From the NCBI GenBank assembly GCA_050011875.1, contig JBEKIG010000004.1, positions 1-64,000 of the forward strand: DNA of 64,000 nucleotides. Reading direction: 5' to 3'. The notes under the pieces were generated by a model that saw nothing but the letters and a program-made list of their open reading frames with translations, ran no database searches and had not been told where the DNA came from. The stretch comes from Nitrososphaeria archaeon. Lineage in GTDB: Archaea; Thermoproteota; Nitrososphaeria; JACIWG01. The position numbers were made by a program, and so were the translations under genes. Below are positions 20,118 through 30,800 of the stretch, in pieces. The first letter of the stretch is position 1. Each line of letters opens with the position of its first letter.

Positions 20118-20225
20118 GTCCGTAGAACCTCAATTTTGGTACGATATAAATCTAACCTTATACTATCACATTTTATCATCTGGTGAAAAGGAGCAGTGAC
20201 ACTTTAATGCCCGATTATTGGTTGA

Positions 20226-21974
20226 CTACTTAGAAGAAAAGTAAAGTGCAACGACGTTTTTTTCTTTAGAGTCGATTCTAGCAAATCCCTCGCGTTCCAT
20301 TTGAACAATAGTGTTTACTGGTTCGTCGAACAGACCTTTCTCTCCAAAACCTTCGAGAACTTGTCCGTTCTGGTCGATCAACCTGACTCTAACGTTACTG
20401 TCTACAGGAACCCAGTGTATGAAGGGAGCGCTGACGCTCTTTGCAGTGTCCATTCCATAGCTATGTATAACGCCCTCAAGATGGTCTCCTACCGTTTTGA
20501 GATCGTAGACGTTTGCGAAACCCATAAGTCTGAAGAGGGGGTGAGCTTGGATCTTCACTAAGTCATCCTTCCTGATGTAGACCTTTAGAATGCCATCTTC
20601 TGCAGGTTTTAAAACTATCTTCCTGTAACCCATAGATTCAACCTCAGGATGTTTCTTCAGAGATATCTCCTTCCTACCTGTGAGACCTTTAACTGAAAGA
20701 ACAACAGGATTTATCACAACAAAGTATCTTGGAGAGGATTTATCAATTATCTTCTTGTTTATAGAATAGAGCGTCGCCCAACTTATGGTAGCATCAATAG
20801 GTCTTATGCCCACCTCATAGATTATTGTTCTTATGGTTTTAGGTAGAACACCACGTTTTCTAAGGGCCTGGAACGTCGCAAGACGGGGATCGTCAAAGCC
20901 GGTGTAAAGCCCCTCCGCAATACCCTGAGTTATCTTTGACTTACTAAGAACGCCTCCTTCGATCTTAAGTCGGCCATAGTGTATGGCTGTAGGATAAACC
21001 CACCCCAGGTGTTCGTACATGTACCTTTGTCGAATCATATTAGTATAGTGCTCCTTACCCCTTATTATGTGCGTTATTCCCATAAGGTGGTCGTCGAGGC
21101 CTGAAGCCAGGTTATAAAGAGGCCAGACACGGAACTTTGCACCTACACGGGGGTGAGGATGCTTCTTTGTATCGATGATTCGTAGGGCAGGCCAGTCTCT
21201 TACAGCAGGGTTTGGATGATCCATGTCAGTTTTGATTCTGAGTACGGCTTTACCCTCTTTGTAGGTGCCGTCTAGCATTTTATTGAAACGTTCGATATGC
21301 TCTTTGGGTGATAAGCTTCTGCACGGACAAGGCTTCTTCTTTATAAGTTTCCTCCTGAAACTGTCAACTTCACATGTACACACATAGGCTCCTCCAACTT
21401 CTATAAGCCTGCGCGTGTAATCATAGTATATCAGTAGACGATCACTTTGAATGTACTCTTCATCCCACATGCATTCTAACCACTTCAGGTCTTCCTTTAT
21501 TGTGTTGTAAAACTGCAGAGCAGCCTTCTTCAAGCGAGGGTCTGTGTCCTCGAACCTCAGGATGAATTTGCCGGCGTACAATCTTGCATAATCGTGCGAT
21601 AGGATGATTGCACGGGCCGACCCCAAGTGTAAGACGGAATCAGGATTTGGGGCGAACCTTGTTACAATCTGTTTATACCTGTCCGCTTCAGGTAAAGGAG
21701 GTAACCCCTTCTCTTTCTGTTGAGGGCGAACGGCCTCCTTTACAATATTGTACTTTGAGACGGCTTTCTCCTGTTCCTCTAAGCTCATCTGGTTCACCTG
21801 CTTTGATACGTCATTTACAAGTCGAATAACTGCCTTAATATTTTCCTTTAGCGGAGGCCTTTCAGCGAGAACCTTTCCGAGCACAGCTTGTGGGTTACAT
21901 TTTCCCTCGTGTGCAACTGCGTTCACAAGAGAATTTCTTTTAATCAGCTCTTCTAATTCTTCACCTGAGGACAA
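20226..21974 (-). CDS. gltX: Glutamate--tRNA ligase
   Basis: TRFAPNP, HLGS (HIGH), RFEDTDP, LSKS. Confidence 0.97.
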   Translation of the reverse strand: MSSGEELEELIKRNSLVNAVAHEGKCNPQAVLGKVLAERPPLKENIKAVIRLVNDVSKQVNQMSLEEQEKAVSKYNIVKEAVRPQQKEKGLPPLPEADRYKQIVTRFAPNPDSVLHLGSARAIILSHDYARLYAGKFILRFEDTDPRLKKAALQFYNTIKEDLKWLECMWDEEYIQSDRLLIYYDYTRRLIEVGGAYVCTCEVDSFRRKLIKKKPCPCRSLSPKEHIERFNKMLDGTYKEGKAVLRIKTDMDHPNPAVRDWPALRIIDTKKHPHPRVGAKFRVWPLYNLASGLDDHLMGITHIIRGKEHYTNMIRQRYMYEHLGWVYPTAIHYGRLKIEGGVLSKSKITQGIAEGLYTGFDDPRLATFQALRKRGVLPKTIRTIIYEVGIRPIDATISWATLYSINKKIIDKSSPRYFVVINPVVLSVKGLTGRKEISLKKHPEVESMGYRKIVLKPAEDGILKVYIRKDDLVKIQAHPLFRLMGFANVYDLKTVGDHLEGVIHSYGMDTAKSVSAPFIHWVPVDSNVRVRLIDQNGQVLEGFGEKGLFDEPVNTIVQMEREGFARIDSKEKNVVALYFSSK

Positions 21975-21976
21975 AG

Positions 21977-22978
21977 CTACTTACTCCGCGTAGATGCTTC
22001 AGATGTCAAGTTTATCAGCATGTCTCTTGCATGGGAACCCCTGAAACCCTCTAGAATATCGATTGCTTTATCGGATAGCAATTTAGCTTCAGTCCTTACA
22101 ATATCGGGAGCCTTTGATTTAGAAACAACAGAAAGGGCGTACTGTATCTCCTCCTCCGGTGCCGATCTATTGCCCAAGATAGAAAGCAGCTTATGTCTAT
22201 CACTTTCAGGAGCGTTGTCAAGCACGTAACGCATGACAAGAGTCTTTTTCCCTTCGCGTATGTCGTTACCAACAGGCTTTCCGGTCAGAGATCTATCTCC
22301 CGTGACGCCCAGCACATCGTCTACCAGCTGAAAGCATAGGCCGTAGAGATGGCCAAATTCTTTCATTTTATTCACTGAGCTATCATCAGCTCCTCCCAAA
22401 GTTGAGCCGATGACAGAGCAAGCTTTAAACAGAGAAGACGTTTTAAGCGAAATTAAACGATAATATTCTTCTTTGGAGGGGAATTCCTTAGAGTTGGCAA
22501 AATTTAGATCTAAAGCTTGGCCTTCACAGACCTCCACAGATGCGTTTACAAGAGCATCAGAAACCTTTAAAACTTGTTCGGGTGAAAAATCGTTTGCCGT
22601 AAGTTTTAGCGCAGAGTAAAAGGCTATGGCAAACAGTAGGTCACCGGCAAGTATTGCCATTGGAACCCCATATTTTACGTGAACAGTTGGGGCGCCTCTC
22701 CTTTCTTCATCGTTATCCATTATGTCATCGTGAACCAAGGTAAAATTGTGTAAGAATTCTATTGCAGAAGCAGCAGGAAGTATCTTCTCAAAGGAGCTAC
22801 AAAACATGAGAGCCGAGTTTATAACAATAAAAGGTCTCTGCCTTTTGCCCCCCTGCAAAATAAGATATTTTGAAGCGTTGTAGAGAGACTTTGGCTCTCT
22901 GTCAAAATATTTTGTGACATATTCGTCGACCTTCAAAGAAAAGTACTTCATCTCATCGTATAAAGACAATGAGTTCAC
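21977..22978 (-). CDS. idsA: Geranylgeranyl diphosphate synthase
   Basis: GGKRQRP, HDDIMD..RRG, FQLVDDVL. Confidence 0.93.
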   Translation of the reverse strand: MNSLSLYDEMKYFSLKVDEYVTKYFDREPKSLYNASKYLILQGGKRQRPFIVINSALMFCSSFEKILPAASAIEFLHNFTLVHDDIMDNDEERRGAPTVHVKYGVPMAILAGDLLFAIAFYSALKLTANDFSPEQVLKVSDALVNASVEVCEGQALDLNFANSKEFPSKEEYYRLISLKTSSLFKACSVIGSTLGGADDSSVNKMKEFGHLYGLCFQLVDDVLGVTGDRSLTGKPVGNDIREGKKTLVMRYVLDNAPESDRHKLLSILGNRSAPEEEIQYALSVVSKSKAPDIVRTEAKLLSDKAIDILEGFRGSHARDMLINLTSEASTRSK

Positions 22979-24036
22979 CTAGAAATCCAAGTGTGAAGAT
23001 AGTAATCTATAAAATATCTTACTCTATGAAGCTCGTTAACCTTCTTGCAACCAGTTAAGAACATAGCTGTCTTGAATTCATTATAAATCTGATCAACATA
23101 TGACGAAAGACTCGATTTAGATTTTTTAGCTAGCTTTAAAAGAGGAAGAGCTATCGAACCGTACTTAGCGCCAAGCACCAGTGCTTTAGCTAGGTCCAGT
23201 CCATTTCTAAGCCCGCCAGAGGCTATAAGAGGAATCTTTACAGTTGAAGCGCATTCAATCAATGAAACCACCGTCGGAATACCCCAACCCGAATAAGTGA
23301 CACCTAGACTGCTTTTTGACTTATCACCCAGCATCTTAGAGCGAATCGCCTCAACAGTCGCCCAATTGGTACCTCCTAACCCAGATATGTTGATACAGGA
23401 TACTCCAGCGAGTTCAAGTTTTGCAGCTGTTTCTTTAGAGATGCCGGTTCCGACCTCTTTAACAACGACCGGAACACCTATATTTTTAACAAGGAATTCA
23501 ATTTTTCCATACACACCTTTGAAGTTGGGCTCCCCTTCGACCTGAATAACCTCTTGCAAGGGGTTTAGGTGCACGGAAATCGCGTTCGCCTTAGTGTCTG
23601 AAACAAGTGATTTGAGTTTGTCGATGTCGAGCCCTTTAGACAGTTGTGCTGCTCCAATATTTAAGGCAAGAAAGATATTGGGGGCAACATCCCTTACAAT
23701 AGTATAAGTATCTTTTACTGAGGGGTCTTCCAATGCTGCTCTCACGCTGCCAAGAAACATTCCTAATCCCTTTTCTTCAGCCACCTGAGCAAAAGTCTGG
23801 TTCAGCAGCTTTGCTTCTTCGGGACCTCCAGTTAGTGAATCAAATAATAACGGGTACTTTAAAGTCTTTCCAAAAATGTCAGTTGAAGCGTCTAACTCTT
23901 CAAAATTTATCTCGGGCATCGCGTTATGTACCAGATGAATATATTCGAAACCCGGTGAAACGCCTTTAGATTCAACATCTTCTTTAAGGCATATGGAGAT
24001 GTGATCAGCTTTACGTCCGCGTATTTTTTCGCTCAT
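22975..24036 (-). CDS. fni: Type 2 isopentenyl-diphosphate isomerase
   Basis: RKADHI, TGG, HLNPLQE, VKEVGTG, GGTNW; start at ATG 24036 (ATGA overlap). Confidence 0.96.
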   Translation of the reverse strand: MSEKIRGRKADHISICLKEDVESKGVSPGFEYIHLVHNAMPEINFEELDASTDIFGKTLKYPLLFDSLTGGPEEAKLLNQTFAQVAEEKGLGMFLGSVRAALEDPSVKDTYTIVRDVAPNIFLALNIGAAQLSKGLDIDKLKSLVSDTKANAISVHLNPLQEVIQVEGEPNFKGVYGKIEFLVKNIGVPVVVKEVGTGISKETAAKLELAGVSCINISGLGGTNWATVEAIRSKMLGDKSKSSLGVTYSGWGIPTVVSLIECASTVKIPLIASGGLRNGLDLAKALVLGAKYGSIALPLLKLAKKSKSSLSSYVDQIYNEFKTAMFLTGCKKVNELHRVRYFIDYYLHTWISR

Positions 24037-24797
24037 CGTCTTCCCCTCATACATGTTCCCATGCCGATAACGCCATTTAAAGCTTTGAACACTACATCAG
24101 GTTTGAGACCGTTAACAAAGAACACGTCTGTTCCAAGTTTAGAAATTTTGAGGGCGATCTTCAACTTTCTTGTTATGCCGCCTGTAACGTCATATTTCTT
24201 GCTGGTTCCAACAAAATTCTTTACACTCCTAGAATCTAGTTCACATATGGCATCACCCTCCATCTTCGAAGAAGGGTAGACACCATCAACATCCATACAG
24301 AAAATCATGCGATTAGGCTTAATCATGGAGCAGATACTATACGCAATATCATCACCGGAGAGTATCTTGAAACCGCCATGGCAAGGTATAACATCACCAA
24401 AGAGAACAGGTGTAAGACCCTGGTTCAAAAGATCTAAAAAAAATGATTTCATTATAATAGAATTTTCCCCGGCAAAAAAAGGGGTTATAGTGTATGGTTT
24501 AATACCTCTTGAGCTCAGCGATCTGACAATTTTCTGATGTAGATCAAACATGCTTTTCCTAGTCAAATACACGCCCTCAATATCGCCGATTTCTTTACAT
24601 TCGGTAGAGAGCCCTGCTTTCTTAGCATAATAGTGGCCGAATGATCCACCGCCGTGTATGATAATTTTTCTAGAACGATGTTGCGTTATCACCTTTGATA
24701 ACTGATCTAGGGCTTTAATTCTTAAAGTCAGAGGACGATCTTTGTGGGTTATAACAGAACCTCCAAGTTTTATGACCACAGTCTCTATTCTGTCCAA
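24033..24797 (-). CDS. ipk: Isopentenyl phosphate kinase
   Basis: KLGGSVIT, HGGGSFGH, SGD, DVTGGI. Confidence 0.93.
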   Translation of the reverse strand: MDRIETVVIKLGGSVITHKDRPLTLRIKALDQLSKVITQHRSRKIIIHGGGSFGHYYAKKAGLSTECKEIGDIEGVYLTRKSMFDLHQKIVRSLSSRGIKPYTITPFFAGENSIIMKSFFLDLLNQGLTPVLFGDVIPCHGGFKILSGDDIAYSICSMIKPNRMIFCMDVDGVYPSSKMEGDAICELDSRSVKNFVGTSKKYDVTGGITRKLKIALKISKLGTDVFFVNGLKPDVVFKALNGVIGMGTCMRGRR

Positions 24798-25732
24798 GTT
24801 TTAAGACCTCCGGAGGGGATGGTCGTGACAAATACATCAAAGGCCTCGAGCTTCCTTATTACATTCCCAAATGAAGACTGATCAGGCAGTACTATTACAC
24901 ATCCGCCTCCTCCGGCACCGGTCAACTTCGCGCCCAAGGCTCCGCCTTCAATAGATAGATTTACTAAATTGTCTAAAGGCTTGCATGATACGCCGAAGAA
25001 AGATAGGATAGCATGCTGATAGTTTAGGAGGAGACCAAATTCGTTTAACATACCCTTACTCAAGTAATCTGAGCCCAAAACGGCGATATGTGAGGATGCT
25101 TTAACGACTCCATCAAAATATGATGGAAAAATATTCCTGTAAGATGCAAATTTTGAAACCAGATAAGAAGTTGAGCGCCTAATTCCCGTGTTCACGACAA
25201 TTATTTTCACGGGAGCCAATAAATTCACCTTTTTTTTTGATCCATCTCTTTTATAGAGATGCACTCCACCTTCAACCCCGACAAAGACGTCTACACCAGA
25301 TGGATTACCGTGCGTTACACGCTCAGACTCCATGGCGATATCAAATATCCTGCCAGAATCAGCATCACTATCTAAGAGCTTTAAGACTGATGCGACGTAG
25401 GAGACTGAAGTAGAACTGGATGAGCCCAGTCCGGCAGAAAGAGGTAGTGTTGTGCTGATCGAAGATCTTATCTTCTTCGATACCGGAAACTCACTTCTAA
25501 TCCTTTCTAGAGCCTTCTTATAGGGAAGAAGTGCCTTAGGGACGGGGTCACCTTGCCTCCATCTAAGGTTAAGGTTTTCACTCACTATTTCGTCTACGTC
25601 GGAAAGTGACGACTTAGTTGTAGACCCCTGCTCGATCGCGGCGACAAGTGCACAGGCGCCATGGACGACAAAGTGTTCACCAAGCAGTATGACTTTTCCA
25701 GGAGAAAAAGCGCACGCGTACAAAACTACCAC
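24785..25732 (-). CDS. mvk: Mevalonate kinase
   Basis: PGKVILLGEHFVV, GLGSSSS, HGNPSGVD, KLTGAGGGG. Confidence 0.95.
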   Translation of the reverse strand: MVVLYACAFSPGKVILLGEHFVVHGACALVAAIEQGSTTKSSLSDVDEIVSENLNLRWRQGDPVPKALLPYKKALERIRSEFPVSKKIRSSISTTLPLSAGLGSSSSTSVSYVASVLKLLDSDADSGRIFDIAMESERVTHGNPSGVDVFVGVEGGVHLYKRDGSKKKVNLLAPVKIIVVNTGIRRSTSYLVSKFASYRNIFPSYFDGVVKASSHIAVLGSDYLSKGMLNEFGLLLNYQHAILSFFGVSCKPLDNLVNLSIEGGALGAKLTGAGGGGCVIVLPDQSSFGNVIRKLEAFDVFVTTIPSGGLKTWTE

Positions 25733-26577
25733 TTTCCAAGCGCTATCGAAGCATAGCCTACAACTTGGTCGTATTCGCCGATGATCTCACCACTTGTCAT
25801 ATAGACTAGAAGCTTTCCACCGGAAGCGCCGATCTTCTTCGAAAGTGTCATAAGAGTGGCGATGGGCCCAAAACCGCAGACCGATATCTTATTTTCATCT
25901 ATGCAGTCATAGAAGCCTTCAACATCAAGCTTTTCAATGTACGTTATGAGTTTTTTATCTTTCCTTAGGGCAACATTGTGCGGTTCATAGTGGGTAAAGT
26001 CAGAGGAAGCAACCAAGATATCTCTACCGGGGACAAATAAATCTGCTATAACGCTACCGAGTTCTGTTGCAAAGTGTTTGTCCTGGACCATCATGCAGAT
26101 TGGAAGGAGCTTAAAGGTGTTCCCGTACGTGTACTGAAGAAGTGGAAGTTGAACTTCAATAGAATGTTCATATTCATGTGCCAGATCATCCAGATCCACT
26201 AACTTGGAAAGGTTCGATAGTTTTCTAACCCCTTCAAGGTCGACAGGAACTGTTCCTAAGGGTGTCTGCCAGCCTTCTTTTGTAGAGGAAGCGATTATGC
26301 TCCCCAGTCCCTGATGGTTAGGGCCAAGAATAAAAACACGCTCAGGAGAAGGGATATACGTCTTTAAAAGGGAATAGCCTTTTGCGGCAACATATCCCGA
26401 ATACTGATAGCCTGCATGAGGAGAAACTATACCGAAAACCTCTTTCATGTTAGGAGGAGTGTATTTACTTAAATTGTCCGGAGGAAAGTTAAAAAGCCGG
26501 TCCAGAATTTCTTTCAGACTTCTTTCACTGCCGGGGTAAAAGGTTCCGGCCGCGGCAGGTCTTCGATTAACACCCAA
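25726..26577 (-). CDS. MEMO1 family protein (AmmeMemoRadiSam protein B)
   Basis: AGTFYP, PHAGYQYSG, EHSIEVQLP, SSDFTHY, VVGYAS. Confidence 0.95.
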   Translation of the reverse strand: MGVNRRPAAAGTFYPGSERSLKEILDRLFNFPPDNLSKYTPPNMKEVFGIVSPHAGYQYSGYVAAKGYSLLKTYIPSPERVFILGPNHQGLGSIIASSTKEGWQTPLGTVPVDLEGVRKLSNLSKLVDLDDLAHEYEHSIEVQLPLLQYTYGNTFKLLPICMMVQDKHFATELGSVIADLFVPGRDILVASSDFTHYEPHNVALRKDKKLITYIEKLDVEGFYDCIDENKISVCGFGPIATLMTLSKKIGASGGKLLVYMTSGEIIGEYDQVVGYASIALGKW

Positions 26578-26617
26578 ATTTGATCAAATATATGGTCTTT
26601 GAAGGAAGTTTATAAGT

Positions 26618-27289
26618 TTAAGAAGATTCTTCTTCAGTCTTGGTTTCAAAATCGTCAATAGAATACTTCATAGATTCGTTCGGTGGAAGTGCCTTTGTAG
26701 CTGACAGAACACTTCTGGCAAGAAGCCAGTAGACCGCTGCCAGAGCCTTGCGCCCGTTGTTGTTTGCGGGTATAATCACATCCACATCAGAAATGATGTT
26801 GTCCGTGTTGCATATGGCAATTATTGGGATGCTCATACTTGATGCTTCATCTATAGCCTGCTTGTCATAAAAAGGATCCGAGACGATCACCAATTCAGGT
26901 TCGAAATAATTTTTGAGCAGAGGGTTTGTTATGGTGCCGGGAAGGAACCTCTTTATTACCGGAGTAGCGCCGGTCAGCTCGCAGAACTTTTCAACAGGAG
27001 TTTCAGCATAAGGTTTACGGGAGTACACAATAACGTTCTTAGGGTTAGAACGGGATATCATTTTAGAAGCAACGTCAATTCGTTCAAGGGTCTTGTTGAT
27101 GTCTATGATATTTAGACCGGACTGTTTTGTTGCTGCAATAAACTTTTTCATGTACGCTGTCTTCGCAACGCTACCTATTCTAATACCTGACGAAAACAAG
27201 TCTTTTTCACTAATCCCTGTAGTTACCATCTTTTCGGAGGAACCTTCCTCATCTACTGCTTCTTTCTCTTGTGTCACACATATCACCAA
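26618..27289 (-). CDS. rps2: 30S ribosomal protein S2
   Basis: RFLPGTITNP, IIPANNNGRKAL. Confidence 0.95.
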   Translation of the reverse strand: MVICVTQEKEAVDEEGSSEKMVTTGISEKDLFSSGIRIGSVAKTAYMKKFIAATKQSGLNIIDINKTLERIDVASKMISRSNPKNVIVYSRKPYAETPVEKFCELTGATPVIKRFLPGTITNPLLKNYFEPELVIVSDPFYDKQAIDEASSMSIPIIAICNTDNIISDVDVIIPANNNGRKALAAVYWLLARSVLSATKALPPNESMKYSIDDFETKTEEESS

Positions 27290-28527
27290 TTAACATCCAT
27301 CATCTTAAAGGGTCCATAAGCTTCATCAATTCTGATGAGCTCGTTAAGCTTCGCTATCCGTTCTCCGCCGACAACACCAGACTTCATGATTTCTGCGGAA
27401 ACGCCGAGAGCGATGTGAGCCAAATGTGAGTCAACTCCTTCCCCAGACCGGTGTGATGCTGTTATAATATATTTCTTCGCTTTGGCAGTGTTAGCAAAGT
27501 CGATCGCTTCACCGAGAGGACCGATTTGGTTAACCTTCAATATTACACCGTTACCGGCTCCAATCTTAGCGCCTTCGAGCAGCCTTTTACTGTTTGTCAC
27601 GAACAGATCGTCGCCGACTATGAACGTGTGCTTCACCCGTTTTGTCAGAGCGGCAAAACCCTCATAGTCGTCTTCGAACATCGGATCTTCCACGTAAGCT
27701 GGAGAAAATCTGTCTATTACCGAGAGAACAAAGTCGATCTGCTCCTCTCTCGTTAGTCTCACACCTCTGCGTTCATAGTTGTATGTGCCAGACTTAGGAT
27801 CGAAGATCGACCCCGAGGCGAAATCTATTCCCATTTTCACCTTGAAACCCACTTTATCGCTTATATTATTCACTGCGGCGCTAACGACATCCAATGCCTC
27901 CAAATCGTTGAGATGAGGGGCCCATGCGCCTTCATCACCCTTACCTCCCGTGAACGTGGGATCTTTCTTCTCGATAAGCCTACGAACTTCTTTGTGGACT
28001 AAAACGTTAGCATAAATAGCATCGAAAATCTTCCTGGCACCAACAGGCAGCGAAAGGAATTCCTGAATATCGGGAGAACCTTGACCGGCATGTTTACCCC
28101 CGCCAAGGACGTTACCCAATGGAAACGGATGAGCGAAATTTATTCTACCGCCGATGAGCTTGAACATTGGAATGCCGAGAGACTTTGATACGGCATCAGC
28201 TGAAGCTAATGTTATAGCAAATGCGGCGGAGCCACCGATATTCTCAAAGAAAGGGGATGTGTCAATTTCGCGTAATAGCTTTGCTAGTCCTTTGATGTCG
28301 CCCGCATCAAATCCGACAATTTTCTTAGAATACTGTTTGAAAGCTTGAACCGCACCTTCCGGGCCTGAAGCTGGGAAGGCGACAGCTTCGCCTCCTCCGG
28401 TACTTGCACCGGCTGGAGCAGAAGACCGTCCAACAACATTTCCAACTATAACATCAACTTCTATCGTCTTTTCCCCTCTGCTGTTAAAGATTATTCGAGA
28501 CTTTAGATCCCGGATCTTCGTGCCCAT
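27283..28527 (-). CDS. eno: Enolase
   Basis: NSRG, GASTG, QEF, GDEG, VGDDL, SHRSGE, ERIAKLNEL. Confidence 0.96.
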   Translation of the reverse strand: MGTKIRDLKSRIIFNSRGEKTIEVDVIVGNVVGRSSAPAGASTGGGEAVAFPASGPEGAVQAFKQYSKKIVGFDAGDIKGLAKLLREIDTSPFFENIGGSAAFAITLASADAVSKSLGIPMFKLIGGRINFAHPFPLGNVLGGGKHAGQGSPDIQEFLSLPVGARKIFDAIYANVLVHKEVRRLIEKKDPTFTGGKGDEGAWAPHLNDLEALDVVSAAVNNISDKVGFKVKMGIDFASGSIFDPKSGTYNYERRGVRLTREEQIDFVLSVIDRFSPAYVEDPMFEDDYEGFAALTKRVKHTFIVGDDLFVTNSKRLLEGAKIGAGNGVILKVNQIGPLGEAIDFANTAKAKKYIITASHRSGEGVDSHLAHIALGVSAEIMKSGVVGGERIAKLNELIRIDEAYGPFKMMDVNW

Positions 28528-28530
28528 GAT

Positions 28531-28764
28531 CTACTTCACCGTCTGATACTCCTTACCTTTTCTTGTTACAGATTCCTCGTAAGGCAGTATCTGGTCAACA
28601 ACATCAACGTTGGAAACGAACATGCGCCTACAGCAATACCTCTTAACTCCAAGCTCGTCCAAAACCTTACCCGAATCTTCTCCTGCATCAACCCTTTTCT
28701 TGTATTCTTCGTACTTGTCAGCTATTAGGGAACCGCAGGTGAAACATCTGACAGGAATCATCAT
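28531..28764 (-). CDS. rpoN: RNA polymerase subunit N (Rpo10)
   Basis: [16 protein letters not shown]. Confidence 0.98.
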   Translation of the reverse strand: MMIPVRCFTCGSLIADKYEEYKKRVDAGEDSGKVLDELGVKRYCCRRMFVSNVDVVDQILPYEESVTRKGKEYQTVK

Positions 28765-28770
28765 ACAACA

Positions 28771-29175
28771 TCACCTGTAAGACTTCTGTTTCCTCCTTCT
28801 AGGGCCTGGACCACCAAACTTTTTCGGCTCTGTCTGTCTAGGATCGCCCACCAGAAGGAAACGATCGTATTCCATGAATCGTTTTTTGACATCTTCTGAA
28901 CCACTCCATCCAACGATAGCTCTAGATATGGCCATAGCACTTGCTTCAGCCCTACCCATGTAGCCTCCACCTTTAACTTTAACTGCGATATTGACCTTAT
29001 TAGACACTTCTTTAGCAAGAGCTAAAGCGGTCATAATCCTCAATCTAGCAAACTCCGGCTGCATAATCTCAACTGGCACATTGTTTATCCAGACGCGACC
29101 CTGACCTGAAGATACCACTGCCTGTGCGTATGAAGTCTTCCTCCAACCATCAAACTGTCGGGCTTTTTTCACCAT
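28771..29175 (-). CDS. rps9: 30S ribosomal protein S9
   Basis: RKTS, GGG, EPKKFGG..QKSYR. Confidence 0.97.
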   Translation of the reverse strand: MVKKARQFDGWRKTSYAQAVVSSGQGRVWINNVPVEIMQPEFARLRIMTALALAKEVSNKVNIAVKVKGGGYMGRAEASAMAISRAIVGWSGSEDVKKRFMEYDRFLLVGDPRQTEPKKFGGPGPRRRKQKSYR

Positions 29176-29627
29176 CAGCTAGCAACCCCTTTACCGAGAA
29201 CTTCAGCTATTTCCTCTACTTTAGTGTAAAACGATAAAGGTTTTGTCGCTTGTGCCTTAAAAAAGGTTGTCCTAGCAACTTTTTCAAATTTTGCTGGGAT
29301 CCCGACAAAAACCCTTAAGCGATCGAAAGCGATCGCACCCTTGCTCTTTCTCATGGGCAACATACCTCTAATCGTTCTAGAGACAATATTTTCCGGCCGC
29401 CTTGCATGATAAGGTCCATAGATAGGATTGGTCCTACTGCTTATTTCAAGCTTTAACAGGTAATTTTTAAGATTAGACTTCCTGTTACCGGAAAGCAGAA
29501 TTTTCTCCGCATTAATAACAACAACCCTATTACCTTTCAAAAGTAGTTTAGAAACCTCGGAGGCTAAGCGACCAAGGATCTGATTTTCGCCGTCGATAAC
29601 GATTGATTTCCGAGCAGACATATTCAA
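29175..29627 (-). CDS. rpl13: 50S ribosomal protein L13
   Basis: ILGRLAS, RTIRGMLP. Confidence 0.97.
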   Translation of the reverse strand: MNMSARKSIVIDGENQILGRLASEVSKLLLKGNRVVVINAEKILLSGNRKSNLKNYLLKLEISSRTNPIYGPYHARRPENIVSRTIRGMLPMRKSKGAIAFDRLRVFVGIPAKFEKVARTTFFKAQATKPLSFYTKVEEIAEVLGKGVAS

Positions 29628-29986
29628 CCACCCATTACTATGATTTTGGAACCGTCAGGATACTTTTCAGCGAAATCCACTAAATTAAGGACGGAGCCGC
29701 CTGCGGCTGAGATCTTTTTACCAGCACTCTTGGACTTAAATAGGGCGCCCACCGTTATCGCGTGGTCGACTAAACCGTCACCCAAGATCTTGCCTGGAAT
29801 TAGTACTATATCGTTTTCTTTTGTAAGCAGGGAGACCTTGCCCACGTTAACTGTCGTCCTTCTTGAGTTGGGACGGGAAACCATCTCTATTACACTGGTC
29901 CAAAAAGTTTTGTTTTGTCCTTTTGACAACTTTTCCAACTTCTCCAACGTTTCGGTTATAATCGGATTACTGCTTCTCTTTTTCAA
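29624..29986 (-). CDS. rpl18e: 50S ribosomal protein L18e
   Basis: VNVGK, PGKILGDG, SAGKKI. Confidence 0.95.
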   Translation of the reverse strand: MKKRSSNPIITETLEKLEKLSKGQNKTFWTSVIEMVSRPNSRRTTVNVGKVSLLTKENDIVLIPGKILGDGLVDHAITVGALFKSKSAGKKISAAGGSVLNLVDFAEKYPDGSKIIVMGG

Positions 29987-30800
29987 CAGTGATCACCTCA
30001 CCCGAAAATTTTCCAATAACTTCATCGATTTGGGACATGACTTCCTTAATAGATTGGAGTAGAATATCTCTTGCAGACATGCTACCAACACTTTCTATTA
30101 CAAGGATGAATTTATCCTCTGACTCGCTAACACTAATACCCTTAGGCTCAGTATGGCATTCCTTTAGACATTCAAGGCAGAGGTTACAGCTAAGTTGATT
30201 GTCGATATTAAGCAGACCATCACGCATAAGAAAGACGTTCCTTGGGCACGCGTCAACGCATGCGCCACAATTATTGCAACTCTTATTCTGAACTATCACA
30301 GGATACGATTCTAAAACTGATACCGATGCCACCTGCCATTTGGCATGTGACTTACCTCTACCAAGTTTAGCATACGCTTCTAACTTAATCTTCTGCCCAG
30401 GTGCAAGCTTTAAGATGGGTATGTTCTGGGAGACGGGTTTAACTTCTTCATCTTCTGAGACGAGCTCAGCAGAGTACACTTCTCTGACCCTATCAGTCGC
30501 TTCAGCATCTAATACAAACAAAACCCTGCATTTAGGACAGCCAAGGGCACTCTTACAGTCACATTCTGAAGAAAGAAGATACTTGTCAACAGGAGTTTTC
30601 AGCGGAATAAGTCCTAGACGATGAGATATTACTTCATCATAGAAAGAAGAAGTGTTCTCTAATATTACAACATCGTCTATCGCCATAACGGGAACAAGTG
30701 ACATAGCCGCACGTCGTATAGAGTTAACGTGCATCCTTGAAAAACCGTCAAAAAGAACCTTTATCCTATCAAAGGACTCCTCTAAAACTTGAACAGGCAT
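29967..30800 (-). CDS. rpoD: RNA polymerase subunit D (Rpo3) with a 4Fe-4S insertion
   Basis: NSIRR, HRLGLIPL, HAKW, CNNCGACVDACP and CNLCLECLKEC. Confidence 0.97.
   Translation of the reverse strand: MPVQVLEESFDRIKVLFDGFSRMHVNSIRRAAMSLVPVMAIDDVVILENTSSFYDEVISHRLGLIPLKTPVDKYLLSSECDCKSALGCPKCRVLFVLDAEATDRVREVYSAELVSEDEEVKPVSQNIPILKLAPGQKIKLEAYAKLGRGKSHAKWQVASVSVLESYPVIVQNKSCNNCGACVDACPRNVFLMRDGLLNIDNQLSCNLCLECLKECHTEPKGISVSESEDKFILVIESVGSMSARDILLQSIKEVMSQIDEVIGKFSGEVITVEKEKQ

Noticed and set aside
21977-28764. Mevalonate/isoprenoid genes and enolase embedded in the ribosomal superoperon
   Set aside because: A well-known conserved archaeal gene order, not novel
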